From: Phoronis australis
Lineage: Eukaryota; Animalia; Phoronida
Direction of reading: 5' to 3'
Assembly: GCA_002633005.1 (NCBI GenBank)
Contig: NMRA01000755.1
Location: 1 to 64,000 of the forward strand
DNA: 64,000 nt
Shown: piece after piece, positions 26,026-38,850 of the stretch
How positions within the stretch are numbered: position 1 is the first letter of the stretch
Layout: each line of letters starts with the position of its first letter
The notes under the pieces: generated by a model
Seen by the model: the letters and a program-made list of their open reading frames with translations, nothing else
Told to the model about the DNA's origin: nothing
Databases searched by the model: none
Position numbers and translations under genes: made by a program

Positions 26026-28428
26026 GTAAGTTGAAACTTTGAAAAATAACACCTCGAACGCCTCGCGTAAACAATGTGAAAACACTAAATTCTTGGGCAA
26101 CGGCGATCAAGTATACCCTATTGAAGATAGCATAGACCGCAACATCTATATTTTTGATATCAGTTAGATTTTCGACGTAATTTTTCTTTTTGTTTCAATA
26201 TCCCAAATGTAATCTACTAAGAACAAAATTCAGTTTTAAATGTAATTAATCACAACTGTTTGTCCCTTTATAGGAAGTTTGAAGACATGTAGAGATTTCG
26301 GTTTGTTGAAGTTAGACGGTAAAGACACTAACCCTATCAAGTGAGTATATCCCTTGACCTTTCCTAACCAGGATTTTCTTAAATAAGTATATAATTACCA
26401 ACGAGAAAAGCGATTTTCGGAGATCAGCCTCTACGCGGATTCCAATCTCCAACCCCGTAGTCGCAGTGTAGCGCTCTGTTGACGAAGGTGAATCCCACTT
26501 GGTAAGTGGCAGAGAATTTTAAATGTACTTAAAGAGGGACATTATGGGTTTTGCGGCTGGAATCGCATTTTTGGGGTTATTGTTGGATACCTCTTGAAGT
26601 TCTTCACTTTGATGATGTCCATAAGAATCCATTTTTGTACTTTCATTGCAAATCGCCAATTCTTGCCATTGTCGGACAGAGGTTCGCTGAAGTCAAGGCC
26701 GATGTCCATCATTTTCTCCTATAACACGTGAGATTTGACTCAGCTGCAGAGAGTTCGGTTGTTTCTTCGGAGTTATTGGGTTCGACTTCACGCGAGTGCT
26801 CATTTCTGTGAAATTACTTTTTCTTGCCGAGAACGTCGCTTTACTTGGCAAAGTCGCCAGCCTAATGTTTACAGCCTGGCACGCAATAGTAAAATTTGGC
26901 GATTTGTAACAAAATCACAAAAACCTAAAGAAGTCTACCCCATAAAGCAATATTTCCCAAAATACGATTTTCCGGCTGTCAAACCGACAATGCCCCGCGT
27001 GAAGGAAACAATGAACACTGAAGTGAGAGTACTATTTTTTAGTTAGTCTGGACTATACTTTAACTGTACACGTACATTTAATGATTGTAAATGTTATTAT
27101 GAAATATGGATCCGGCAATCCTGATAGCAAAATAAGGTTATACGGATGCCGAAGGAGACCAATGTTGGCTGAAGCATGCATTGGCAACCACTACTACTTC
27201 TTTTCTGCGCTTTCTTCGTCAGTCCATCGGCACATCGCAAAGGTAGAATCAATAAACGCAACTTCTGTTAAATTAAAGAATACTTTGGTACATGTATATA
27301 CGTAGTAAATGCCTTGGGGTGAGTTGCTCCCGAGGGGTTCTCCCGGCCGTCGGTTTGCTCACGATAGGGCAATGGATTATTGAGAAAGATCGATAGACGG
27401 GAGGGAGTGATGAAAAATTGGAAGGGAAATACATCTAACCTGTACATGTTTGGTAATTGAAGAAATGTTCGAGCGCAGTACGAAAGAAAACCAATCCATG
27501 TGTCAAAAAAACCGCTGGAATCGCGCATACTTTATACAACAGGTGGCAGTGTATTTCACTTTGAGGATTTCCCAATTGCGTCAGTGGTGTCGATGCAAGA
27601 CACATACATGTATCAACTATCCTGCCGAAATACATGTACTGTTCATGTTGTTGATTTACGACCACTGTCCGACAGCATGACATACATGTACATAATGTGA
27701 AAATTTCTCCCAGTAGCTGCGTCCGATCGACACCTGAGCGCACGTGACCGCATGATGGTTTTGAAAGTTTGAAGAGCGTTGTTATTGTTGTCTGAAGTGA
27801 AGACTGCTTTCAGAAATCCGATTGCATTTTGAAATAACCATGCTTCATTTAGGAACACCTGGCCAAGTAAAAAGTTATAGTTTCACGTGTGTAACGTACA
27901 TTTACAATGACATACAAAGGTGGTGTAAATGTCAGTACAGTGTACAATCAAATGCAGCTTTTCACCCGGGTCTATTTGCTTTTACATGACAAAAATGCAT
28001 ACACTTTTTCGTAAATATACACTCGGGTATAAGCAATATAATGTATACCGAGTTTTTGTTTACTCCGGCTCAGGGGTTTATGGTGTGGTCTCAGTTTGTT
28101 CACGAAAAGCGACATCATGCATTTTAGTCTTAGAACATCGTGGTTTAAATTTTATCTTTAGCATAAGAACTGCTGCTATGAGACGCTTTGCAGTGGCTCC
28201 GTTATTCAACTCCAGATGTATCGATTTGAGAAATCCGTTTGCAATATTTAGCAACAGTATTATCTTTTTTCGACAACAATCCTAACCTCTTTAGCCCAAT
28301 ACAAATTGTGTCATTACGCAGACTGACATCAGTTGATCCGCCAACCTACGCTACTGGCTGTCACTGACTAAACAAGAAGCAATGAGTCTGTGAAACTAGT
28401 TTGGGCAAAACAAATCGTTTTATTATTA

Positions 28429-28462
<34 letters not shown>

Positions 28463-31400
28463 ATCACTATTAGTATTGTTATTACCATTACCATTATCAC
28501 AAATATTATTAATATGATGATGATGATGACGACGACCAACACGTTTACTGGGTGAGGTATTTTCCTTGAGTACGTAGGATATTGTGTAAATTGCATGACG
28601 CTTTGCTGCACTGGCCAATCATGTGTTGGACAATTTTTCGTCTAATTGAACACCTAAGTAGTTAATGGTGTTGGTTACTCAGTACAATGTTAGGGTCATC
28701 AACTACAACAGAGTACCCATAATTCATTTTAGCAAGTGATTATTGAAATTCCCATGGAAATGTAATGCGTGAGCTTTTCACCATGAAATGGATTGACGAT
28801 AATCCGGTCACAATATATATCAACATTTCGACATTTACTCCGGAGCGCAGATCAAAAACTCGCGAAAACGCAGTATCACGCAAGTCTTCGCGAGAATATC
28901 GTATTGCATTGCAATTAGCGAAGCACATCACTCAAGATTTTCTCGCGAATTTATGTGTCTACGGAACAAAGTCCTGTGCAGGAGGATTCACTTTCATTGT
29001 ATAAGCTCTGTTGCGGAAATACTCGTATAGTGCAACTTGACTTCCGTTTTAAATCGATTTTTATTATGTCGTTTGGTCGATTCAATCAAACACACCAAAC
29101 AACATGACTTTGGTATTCAGTATAATACTATGACCTTTTCAAGACTTACACCAGTTATCAAATGATTTCCCAAAAAGTTTCGTACCTTGGAAACGAAGGC
29201 AGTATCAATGAATTAAAAATGGATTCTATTGACGATACGGCATCAGTAACCCGTTGCTACCAATAAGAACAATCGAATATTGAAAAACATTTCTTATTCA
29301 AAAAAATCCAATACACCGAATCGAAAGCCTTTTCAAAGTCGACCAACAGGAACATCCCCGGTATGTTGCTTTCTGCAACATAGCGAGTTAAATGCTATAT
29401 CAATCACATAATGTAGCCCATACGTCTACCTGCACCAAAGCTTTTGGTTAATGAAAATAATGTTGTCTAAGACCAATTTCATCCTACGAGCCAAATAACC
29501 ACACAGTATTTGATAGTTAACACTCAACAACGTAATAGGTCTGTAGATCTCGAAAAAATAGTCTAGACATTTTCGCATTTGGAATAGTGGAAATGATTCC
29601 CCAGCTTTTAATTAGACGACAAATGTCCAATCTGAAAATAAAATAGAAAGATTTGAAGCCAAACGAAAACAACGATCTGCTTAAGTCGACGTCCAAAACA
29701 AAGTTGCCTTTACAAGAATAAGCAAGTCGCACAACATGTGCCGCTGTTCAACGAAAATGGTCCCAATCATTTTGGTAACACTTTAATTTACGTTGTTCCG
29801 TTTCTCGAGGAGTGAACTATTTTGTCGGTTTCTCAACCAGGCGGCTACCCATCTTAACATTGAACATATCATCTGAGCAGATATGTAACATTTTGCTATC
29901 TCTTCAAGTTCAATTTTCACGGTGCTTAACCATGCCTCAAACTCTGTGTGAACATTCCTTTGCCGACCTACCCGAGACTCGCATTGTTTGCTTTAATTCT
30001 GAATACTTCGTTGCCGCCTTGTTCCTTTCGACTGGTGACTGAGTCCATCTTTTCTTCCTAATGAACTGTGAGTTCGACCGATAGGCCTATAGACTTATTC
30101 CTGCTTGTTGGACCAAACCACGACGTCATTTCGTTGTCAAAGTGTCAGGTCTTTCAATGTTTGCCTTCTTATCTTCCACTCTCCTGCACCGTCCAGTATG
30201 TATCATTTCTAACAAAATATGATGTCCACATTAGACTGCTTTGACTCTCGCTACTCTTCGTTGCTTCTTTAGATTGTCTGTCAGTTCTCAGTGTTACCAT
30301 CGCGTCATGTCGCCACCTGTATCCTTCTTGCGAGAGAAATGTTCTACAAGATGATGTTTCAGTGCTTCAATTCCCTCACACAGTGGACACTTAGTGTTTT
30401 CTATTGCACAGATTAAGCGTGTTCTGCAACAAGCCATACACTGTCCAAAGTAGAAACTACATTCTGAATGGTTTCATTTATCATAGTTTAACTACGTTAA
30501 CATAATCCCATCTATCATTCAATTTACTCAGGTTTTTGACCAACTCTGTCGTGTGGCAATATAAGACCTTTGACAGGAGTCGTCGCACTACACTAAGAAC
30601 AGAAGTATCTGTTGTTTTAATAGCACCGGATGTCATCAATGGTAGTCCCAATCACTCGTTGTCTCCTCAATGAGTGGTAATCTGTAATATCACTGAACAC
30701 ACATCTAAGCTGATACACTACTAATTCCGATATTACAACACGTACCGCATACCACCACAACCACCAAACGATACATCATCATTGTCGAAGTTCTCAAGTT
30801 CATAAAGTTTGCCATTTTGATGTCATCATCTTAATCTTCAGCGTTTACTATAATTGGACTATATGCTTAGAAATTCAACCCAGGGCCTGATTTGCGAAAA
30901 TAACATCTACTAAGTGTTAAAAGACTTACAAGTGCTGAAAAAGATTTAGTCAAGTAATAGTGTAGCTGTTTGGATATGAGAGAGGCTGTGGTGCTGATAG
31001 TCGATTGCATGGCCGGGTAAGACGAATGTGTAATCAGCAGTTAGTTGGAGTGGTTAGTCAACGGACCTTGTCTGACTTGATGACGTGGAAAGCCGAGCAT
31101 CTATGAGTCTGCCCTGAGTGTGACGACGCTGGTTCTGCACTCAAGTAACACCCAAGTAATAATGAATGCATCACAGCATAAGTTTATTTTTTAGAAATTA
31201 TCTCAGTAACTATAAATTTTGTCCATGTTCTCAGAGACTTTACACGTTTTCTCAAGTGAGAATTAATCGTTTTTCAGAAAGGGCGGTGTGGAAGGTAAAA
31301 CCAGGTGTTACTCTTAAATCTCATGACACTTTTCATGAAACTAACCGGTGTGGTAGAAATTTAATCGAAATCCTTTTTGTACATTTCAAGTTACTTCTGT

Positions 31401-31988
31401 TCTTTTTGTAGTCTCGGAGGTGATGCTTCGTGGACAAGTGGAAGCCTAGGATTTGCGGGAACTGGATTCTCCCAGATTGGCAACATGCCCGCTATTTCAT
31501 TCGGAAATTTTACTATTGCTCTCAGTATCTATCCAACCGGAAGTAGGCTGGAAAGTTCACAAATGTTGGCAGCCGATTGGACATCCAGTCACACTGTCTT
31601 CCAGTTTTTTCTACTATATAACACAAGCCTTCTCCTCAAATGCTACAACCGTCTACATGTAGGAGATCATCCGATAGTGGTATTCTCTGGTGGTGTTGAT
31701 GGCGTGAAGTTGAATACCTGGCAAAGTGTGGGTGTCACGTGGGATGTTAAAACGTTAACAGTCACCATGTACCTGGGAATCAGTAGTGTTGAGTTCCCTT
31801 TGACCCCTGACTTCACTGGAAATTACGACCTTAGTCCTCCGTCCGGTAATCTGCAATTGGGTTATGAGAAACGCTCTCACCGGTATTTCTTCAACGGCAA
31901 GATGAAGAATTTTGTGTATACAACAACGCTTCTGTCACATCGCCAGATTTCCAGTTTGACAAACCGCGGTTTCTCTTGTGATGATTAA
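25689..31988 (+). CDS. Secreted PAN/Apple domain + LamG3/concanavalin-A-like (pentraxin-type) protein, 3 exons, 326 aa
   Basis: Exons 25689-26025, 26274-26340 and 31412-31988 (phases 1 and 2; 981 nt, ends TAA). Hydrophobic N-terminus. PAN motif SRIECTAKC...CRGVNF...GDCEF. LamG3-like FTIALSIYP...LNTWQSVGVTWD...LQLG...FFNGKMKNF. Confidence 0.8.
26274..26340 (+). CDS. PAN-LamG exon 2
   Basis: cctttatag acceptor, GSLKTCRDFGLLKLDGKDTNPI, GTGAGT donor. Its phase joins exons 1 and 3. Confidence 0.7.
26529..27003. mobile_element. Degenerate long-TIR MITE (possibly Kolobok-type, TTAA-flanked)
   Basis: ttaaagagggacattatgggttttgcggctggaatcgcatttttggg pairs imperfectly with cccaaaatacgattttccggctgtcaaaccgacaatgccccgc. 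Confidence 0.45.
28421..28532. repeat. (ATT)n and (GAT/GAC)n microsatellite
   Basis: tattattat... run, then atgatgatgatgatgacgacgac. Confidence 0.95.
29900..30480 (-). mobile_element. Decayed R2-superfamily (HERO/NeSL-like) non-LTR retrotransposon 3' fragment
   Basis: Minus-strand translation with stops and frameshifts: KPFRM*FLLWTVYGLL, KCPLCEG..LKH / SSCRTFLSQEGYRWRHD (CCHC knuckle plus RH motif), RNDVVVWS, VELTVH*EE, ER..K..KYSEL (restriction-like endonuclease). Confidence 0.75.
31412..31988 (+). CDS. PAN-LamG exon 3 (LamG3/ConA-like domain)
   Basis: ttctttttgtag acceptor, 192 open codons, with W-x-x-V-x-x-TWD and F-x-G-x-M-x-N/D-F beta-sandwich motifs. Confidence 0.85.
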
Positions 31989-34030
31989 GACGTATACTCC
32001 ATGTTACTTAAAAGGATACTAAACCTTGGTTTGGTGATTTCAACCAATTCTCGTTCAGGTCTGCTAATATATCACTTGCGTCCCACTTTGAGAGATGAAA
32101 GTAAGAATCGAGTAAAAGGTCTCTCATTCTCAGTGTCAGTACAGATTGGATGTACATGCAGTTGTTGTCTAACTCGCCTGAAACGCAGGTCACGCTTGCC
32201 CGTTTAGCGAACTTTGTAAGGAGTTTTCAAATTTTGCTCCTAACTTTTGAAGGCTGTCGAAGATAATATAACATTATATTGTTTCTTAACGTAGAAAATA
32301 ATTCTGAAACTAAACAAGGCGATCCAGATCCTCCCAAGGATACTATTGTTTCGCGAAATGTAGAATATAAATAGGTAAATATTTACAACAAGAATGGATC
32401 AACTGAAATTTTCGGATGTAATAACTTCCTTTGTCAACAGAAACAGAACTAAAGTAAAATCAAACACTATATGACAATTGACATGTAAGATATGGTGTAA
32501 TGAATACATTTTTGCGTAAAAAATTCAATGACATATTTTAAGAAGTTTTTATGTTCAATCCATGAGGTTCTATTGTATTGAGCTTGTCTATCCAATAGTG
32601 TTCTCTTTTGAGTCTGTGAGGGGTACTGGGGTGTTGGAGTTTTTCTATTATTTGTACAGAAAGATCTTGAATATTATGGTTTTTGGAATTGAAATGATTA
32701 CCTATAGTATCAGAAATGTTTTTATGTATTATGTTAAATCTATGATTACGAAACCGAGTTTGTAGATTATGTTGAGTTTGTCCTACGTTTTGGGTAGAAC
32801 ATTTTTTACAAGTTATAAGGTAAATAATATTGCTGGTGGTGCAATCAGAGTAATGTTTTATTTCAAAGTTTTCATTGGTTTGGGAAGACTGGAAAAAGTG
32901 CTATCGTTGATAAAGTTACACATTTTACACCTAGTTTTGATACATCGTGTGTTGCCAAAAGGTTTGTCAGTTTGGGGTATATTGTCGATATTTAATTTAG
33001 CTTTAACTAAATATTTTTTTTAGATTTTTACATTTTCGCCAAGAAATTATAGGTGTATGAGGAAATAGGTTTTTCAAATGAAAAATCTATAAAATTATTT
33101 AGTTAAAATAAAATGGTTTCTTCAATTGAAGGTGTAGCTACTTCCCCTTGGCATTTCCCATATATTAGCTGCTGCCCGTGCTTAAGCACTGGTAACGACT
33201 AGTAAACTTGAAACCTGAACTTTTGGTTTCTAAAAGTGGTGCTTGTCAGTTCATTGGGTTGAAACAATAATTTTGCCAGTCTGCTAAGTCCGCTGTGTAT
33301 GTCAGCATGAACAGCTGCGCGGGGAATGTAGTTGCGTGCGCTTCCTGAAGGTTTGTCAGCACGAAAATTGATGTGTAAGCATCGCAAAACCAAATTTGTT
33401 AAGCCACCGATCATCATATTGGATTGAGATGGTGCGGTCGCATGTTTATGTTACAAGGCATAGCGTCTTATGTTTGTTTGGCCATTAGATTTAGTCATTC
33501 GCCACAGTATTTATGTACGGAATATGTCCCGAAAAATTTTCGGTAACGTTACCAGACTTACATGTAGTGGTCCGGCCAAAGTATTTATATGCCTGGCACT
33601 GTATTTTTTCAATTCTTTACAGCTGTGTAATCGATCTGAATTCGTGTTCCTACGTTTGATTAACGATTGTGGATATTTGTATTTGTTGATCAAAGTTCTC
33701 GTGATTGCCACTTGATTAGCCGTTGCTGTTTGGCAGGTTCCCTTCACGTTCGTTTCTAACTGGACTCTCAGTGATATTTTTTATGTTCCTGTAAATTTTT
33801 TGCTCAGTAACTTCGATGCCTCTTATGGTGCACGGTGATAGTAAGTAACCACATCATTGACGTTTATCTTTTACACAACATATTGAAAAATAAATTTGTT
33901 TTTTGGTGACCAACATGCTGTACACGTATAAGTTGAATCCACCACGCCAATTCTTTACTGTCTGCAATGCTCTTTATTAATAAGAACGCTTGAAGTAGTT
34001 CATAATATCTCGTAAAATTGGTCACCTGAT

Positions 34031-34190
34031 CAAGGGCGGATCCAAGATTCTGAGTTGGGGGGACAGGGTAGAGTAATAATCAGGATTTTCCCCGTCAGAT
34101 ATTCGCACCCCCCCCCGAACAAACAAATGTAATCTGGGAGAATTTTTGGTGGCATGGCCCCTTTGTACCCCCTCCCTAAATCCGCCGCTG
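34031..34190. mobile_element. GC-rich MITE (CA.GGCGGATCC family)
   Basis: caagggcggatcca ... taaatccgccgctg inverted ends. Confidence 0.6.
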
Positions 34191-35171
34191 CTCACTCCTT
34201 GTGAACAGGACAAAATCTACAGTGTCTTGCCACTGAAATTCATCCCATACTATTCCTGGGATTTTTCCTTTGAGACAACATCTTTTAAAACACAGTGAGA
34301 CTGTATGCTTCCATCACTTGATAGAGTAGAATGCAGGACTCTGGACTTGAAGCAAATGGAGTGTTGAAAAGGACTAGAAGGCAGATGTTCACTATAATGG
34401 TATAAAAGAGCGTTTTTGTCTTTTTGTTTTTGTTTTGTATTATTAAAACATATCTCGGTTTGCTGTCTTATAAAACTTGTGACACAAATTGTTTTGAGCT
34501 TTGTGAAATTGGGAAATTAAAAGTTTAAAAACAAATACAAAGCAGCCTGTTTTATTATGTTTTAAACTTCATCCGATCTTTCGGTAAGCGATGACACTTA
34601 AAAAAGTTAAAGAAGAATTCTGAAGCATTATGTCGACCTGTTAGCTTGTTAAAAACGGCACAACGCTAATTGGGTCTTTTACTCTCCGAATAACATCTGT
34701 CGCGTAACAGTGTTTACCCATTTCATTTAAAATTGCAGAACTAACATTCAGAAACCAAATGGCACCCCGGCCTTTCTTTAAAATGCAGTTACACGATTTA
34801 AACACCCAAAAAATGCCTTGTTGAAAAACTCCTAGCACATAGCAAGATAAGTTGACAAAAGTGGTTCTAGGACTGAAGATGAAAAGATATCAGACGACAA
34901 ATAAATGATTGCCGACATCCTGCTCGTATAAAGAATGACCAACGTACATGTAATTGTCTGGTTGGTTGACCAGTTTTGCCGGGAAACCGCTTGTTTCTGG
35001 AACCGCACCTCAAGTGTTTCGCTTGATGAAAGAAAATGATGAAATTCGGCTTGAACTTATAATTACATGTACAACACTCGATTGAAAATCAGTCGAGCAC
35101 ACTACGGAAATCCACAGTTACAAATTCTTGCTACTAGAATGCTTTGGTTACGTGCGGCATTCCGGGGCAGA

Positions 35172-35309
35172 GTTCGGTAACGCAGGACCTCGTATCGCTA
35201 AAAAGTAAGACTTCGCCAGATTACGTGAGATTTTGTCGTGTATTTAAATGAGAACACGTGATTTTGGCCAGATTTTAGCGAAGTCCTAGCTGATCCTAGC
35301 GTTACTGAA
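35172..35309. mobile_element. Second copy of the 8059 palindromic MITE
   Basis: Shares acttcg..agattacgtgaga...cgtgtatt...atgagaacacgtga...ctagcgtta.tgaat with the 8059 copy. Confidence 0.65.
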
Positions 35310-38300
35310 TAATCTCCCCCCTCGAGTTCTCTGTTGGGAACCTGTACAAATCCGTAGTTACATCATACTAAAATACGGCAACTTGAACCTTTCATTCATG
35401 CGTGAATATTATTCAGAAACTGAAAGAAGCAGTGGAAATGTTTTGCTGTTGCTTTCTTCTTTAGTGTTCGTTGATTTTGTTCAGTCAAAGGTCCCCATAC
35501 CGAGAAATTCAAGGCCCCTTATATTTTAGGCTGGGTTGGGCGCATGAGGAACCACATAGCCTTGGTACAAAGCCGTATACTAAATACGTGTATTCAGCTT
35601 TGCGCCGATATGCGTAAAAAGTGGGTAAATAAAATGTGACACAAAATTAGTGTCTTTAAAAAATACAGTTTTCTTTGGGTAAATTAAATTTTTACCGGTG
35701 TTGGAAGAATTAGCGTTCTCCCGTTATTCTCCTGCTAAAGTTGTGGAGCAATCTTTTGCGTCGGCTTTCGCAGCCATGAAATATTGCGTCTCCTATGGGC
35801 CAGTTTCTTTGTCCCCAATTTCTCAATTAACTGTTCTTCTTCCACGCGGTTGCGTACATGTCACAACAAATTATCGGAACTGGATTCATTTCCTAACAAG
35901 TTTCAGTATTTTATTAACAACAAAACGGAATTCAGAAGAAATTTTGCTGCTGCGAATCAGTCATCATTTCCCGAGAGATCTCGCAAAAATTTGGTGCGTA
36001 TAACGAGCGCACTGCTTTCAAAACTATGACAGATTTTTCTTTGTTGCTAAAGGCGGAGAATTATGCAAGAAAATGACGTTGATTAAATTGTTTTTCACCG
36101 GCTGCAACGAGCAAGGTGAGTGTCGGTTGACTCCCAGATTTTGAATGCACCCACTCCAGTCATTAGCTCTATTTGTTGATTAAGTTTCACGACGAGGTGA
36201 CATGTAGAACTACTCAATAATTTTCGATTATTCTTTTTGAAACAAAACCGTACTCTTACAATTACTGCCTTTAAGGTAAACAATGTTGCAACATCGTCGC
36301 TAAAGAAATCATTGAATTAAAACTGCTTACAAAACAGTGAAATAGATTTTGTGTTCTCGCTACAAAAATAAAAAAGATCCAGGCGAATCAGGCAAAATCT
36401 CCATCTGGTATTGACTAAAAATTAATATGTCACATAATAAAGTAAACCTTATATCATCTCGGCCGCAAGTGACTTTTTGTACTGTTATCTAGTAGTAGGG
36501 AATTGCTCACTAAAGAAACAGAGCGTTCTCAGAATGTTGTCTGACAAGTTCCCCGACTTCAGTGCTCATGGTACATAAAGGTAATCCAGTACTCATTACG
36601 TGACAATAACACTCGAAACCGATTCAGACTCTTGCCTCGAATCGGATTTTTCGACTAATCGATTTTGATAAAAGATTCGACTCCGAGAAAGTGTCACTGA
36701 AGTCACTTCACACTCAACAACGAACGGTGTGTCCTCGAACGCTGTGATCTGTGAACACTAGTAATGATCAAACGTCGATACTTTTTGCAATGAAATTTCA
36801 GTAACTGTAAGACATTCACTATGTATTTGATTTTACCATACTAAAATATTTTACTTGAGGAAAAGTGAAACGACAACGAAAGCAGTCCAGCAGCTCGATG
36901 ACGAGTTTGTTAGCACCGCTGGCAGTTAGTGAACAGTATGAGAGTGCAGGAAAGTTCTGTCTGAGAGCAAATAAACATTTCTGGAGCACATTGGCTTGGC
37001 ACCACCATGTTGCATGTATTTCCATAGTTTCGTATTGTCTGTGTACGGTTGTAACTGCACACACGGCGCCGACAAATCTCTTATCCTACATATTTATTGT
37101 GAGGGCATAATTTACAGCAAAAACTTAATTTCCGGTATTATCAATTGATCAGACCACATTCTTAATATTATTGGGTTGCCGTAACTACGCGAACTTGCGG
37201 TCTAAAAGTGTGGTCTTAACATACAAGTGAAGCCTTAGTCTCTACGGTAAGCAAACTTAGCACAATTGCTATTTTGTATTTCCGGGAATCTGCACTGTTG
37301 GTTTACTTACGGAAATGCACCTGAACGCGCAATGTGACCGCAACTTTCGACAAGTTACTATTGTTCTTGGAAACTTCTTTTTCAGTGTGATCATTCAAAT
37401 TTGCTTCTATAACTTAAACGACCGCTAGTGATATGATTGGCAATTTGTATTTTGGCGATGTATTCAACAGGCGCGGAACGGAGTACTAGACTTAAAGGGC
37501 TTCCTTCATCAAATGCGGCAATTACGTTAGTTCTAAGATCTCTTAACGAATTCAAAACACCCCTTTGAAGTAAACCTACGCTCTGTTTCATCCGTTTCCT
37601 AGTAGCGTGTTTCTTTTACATGTAACTGCATAAGGGGTCTCGTGCTAAGGTTCGTCCATCTTGGTTTTGTATTGACTACTTTTTATTACTTTTTACTGCA
37701 CATATGACTGTTCTGACGCCGTGCGTAATGTGCGTGGCATCTTCCAGTTCCTCACTGGTAGATCTCGGTTGCAAGGGCAAAGATTTTATAGTATCTTTGG
37801 CAAGGGAGTGCCACAACCCGATTACGTGTATTTTGCCGGAAAGTATTATTCTAATGCCAGTGTCTAAAATCGAAATGAAACACCATTAACGCAGGTTAAA
37901 TTACAACCATGAATTGCCAGGTTAAAAGGAGTTAAACGTTTTCTTGTTGTGCGTTTTTTCCATTAATAAACCTGTAACAGTAAACAGCTGACGGTCGGTC
38001 TGGTGAGGACGACGTCTTTGCAATAACTTTAATTGGAAGATTGAGATTGTGTAATTGTTTGAAATGAAGCACTTATCTGTGGTTCCCACGACAAAACAAG
38101 ACACGGGAGCATGATATTTTTTTAAATTTCGAAAGTTCCAATTCATGCGGTTTTGTGTCAGTAACCACGCACAATTTTCATTATGCGCTGTACCCTCAAT
38201 ATTACGTGCCCAAGGAAGTATCAGGCTTCAAAATTAAATCATTTTGAGGCAGTAGAGCAAAGCACCCATGATGCCTGTCAGTTGAAATACATTCACACGT

Positions 38301-38850
38301 GCTTAAATTCTAATTGTACAGGTAATCTCTATGTGCGTTGATCGATTCCGGAAACCAAAGTAATAACGTATAGATTCTTGCAAACTGTTAATTTGTACGA
38401 AAATCGCAGACGACAAGACACTTTTTCTCGTTACACTTGAAACCGTTGAAAACACAGCTCACGTTGATATTGTTTTACCAATTAATCTAGAGACTGTGGT
38501 GAGTTTTTCGTTTGAGTGGCCAACCAACGTCTCCCCGAGATGAATGGGCTAATTTGCACTGTCGTGGTGAACCATTATATGAATACACAACCTTATCTAC
38601 GTAATGTTCACATAATGACCTGTAAATTATAATCAAATATCAAAGTGAATGGGTAACGGGCGTGCGCCGAGTTGTGGTTCAATACACAACGGCTGTGATT
38701 GCACAGTGCTGCCACTGAGTATTTGCGTTACGTTGTGGTACGAAACTGCAGAGGCACGCCAGAGTACATGTGCCCGGTCTTATGAAGTCACATGGGCTGC
38801 AAGGTATTTAGGCGTTAGAGCACAGACCACAGACGTATTCACCGGCAGAA

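Noticed and set aside
28361-28618. Poly-Asn / poly-Ile ORFs
   Set aside because: Translation of an (ATT)n microsatellite.
35398-35490. Alternative signal-peptide-like exon for the protease
   Set aside because: The donor (GTCCCC) is weak. The 38851-38931 exon has a better donor (GTGAGA), although it is not proven either.
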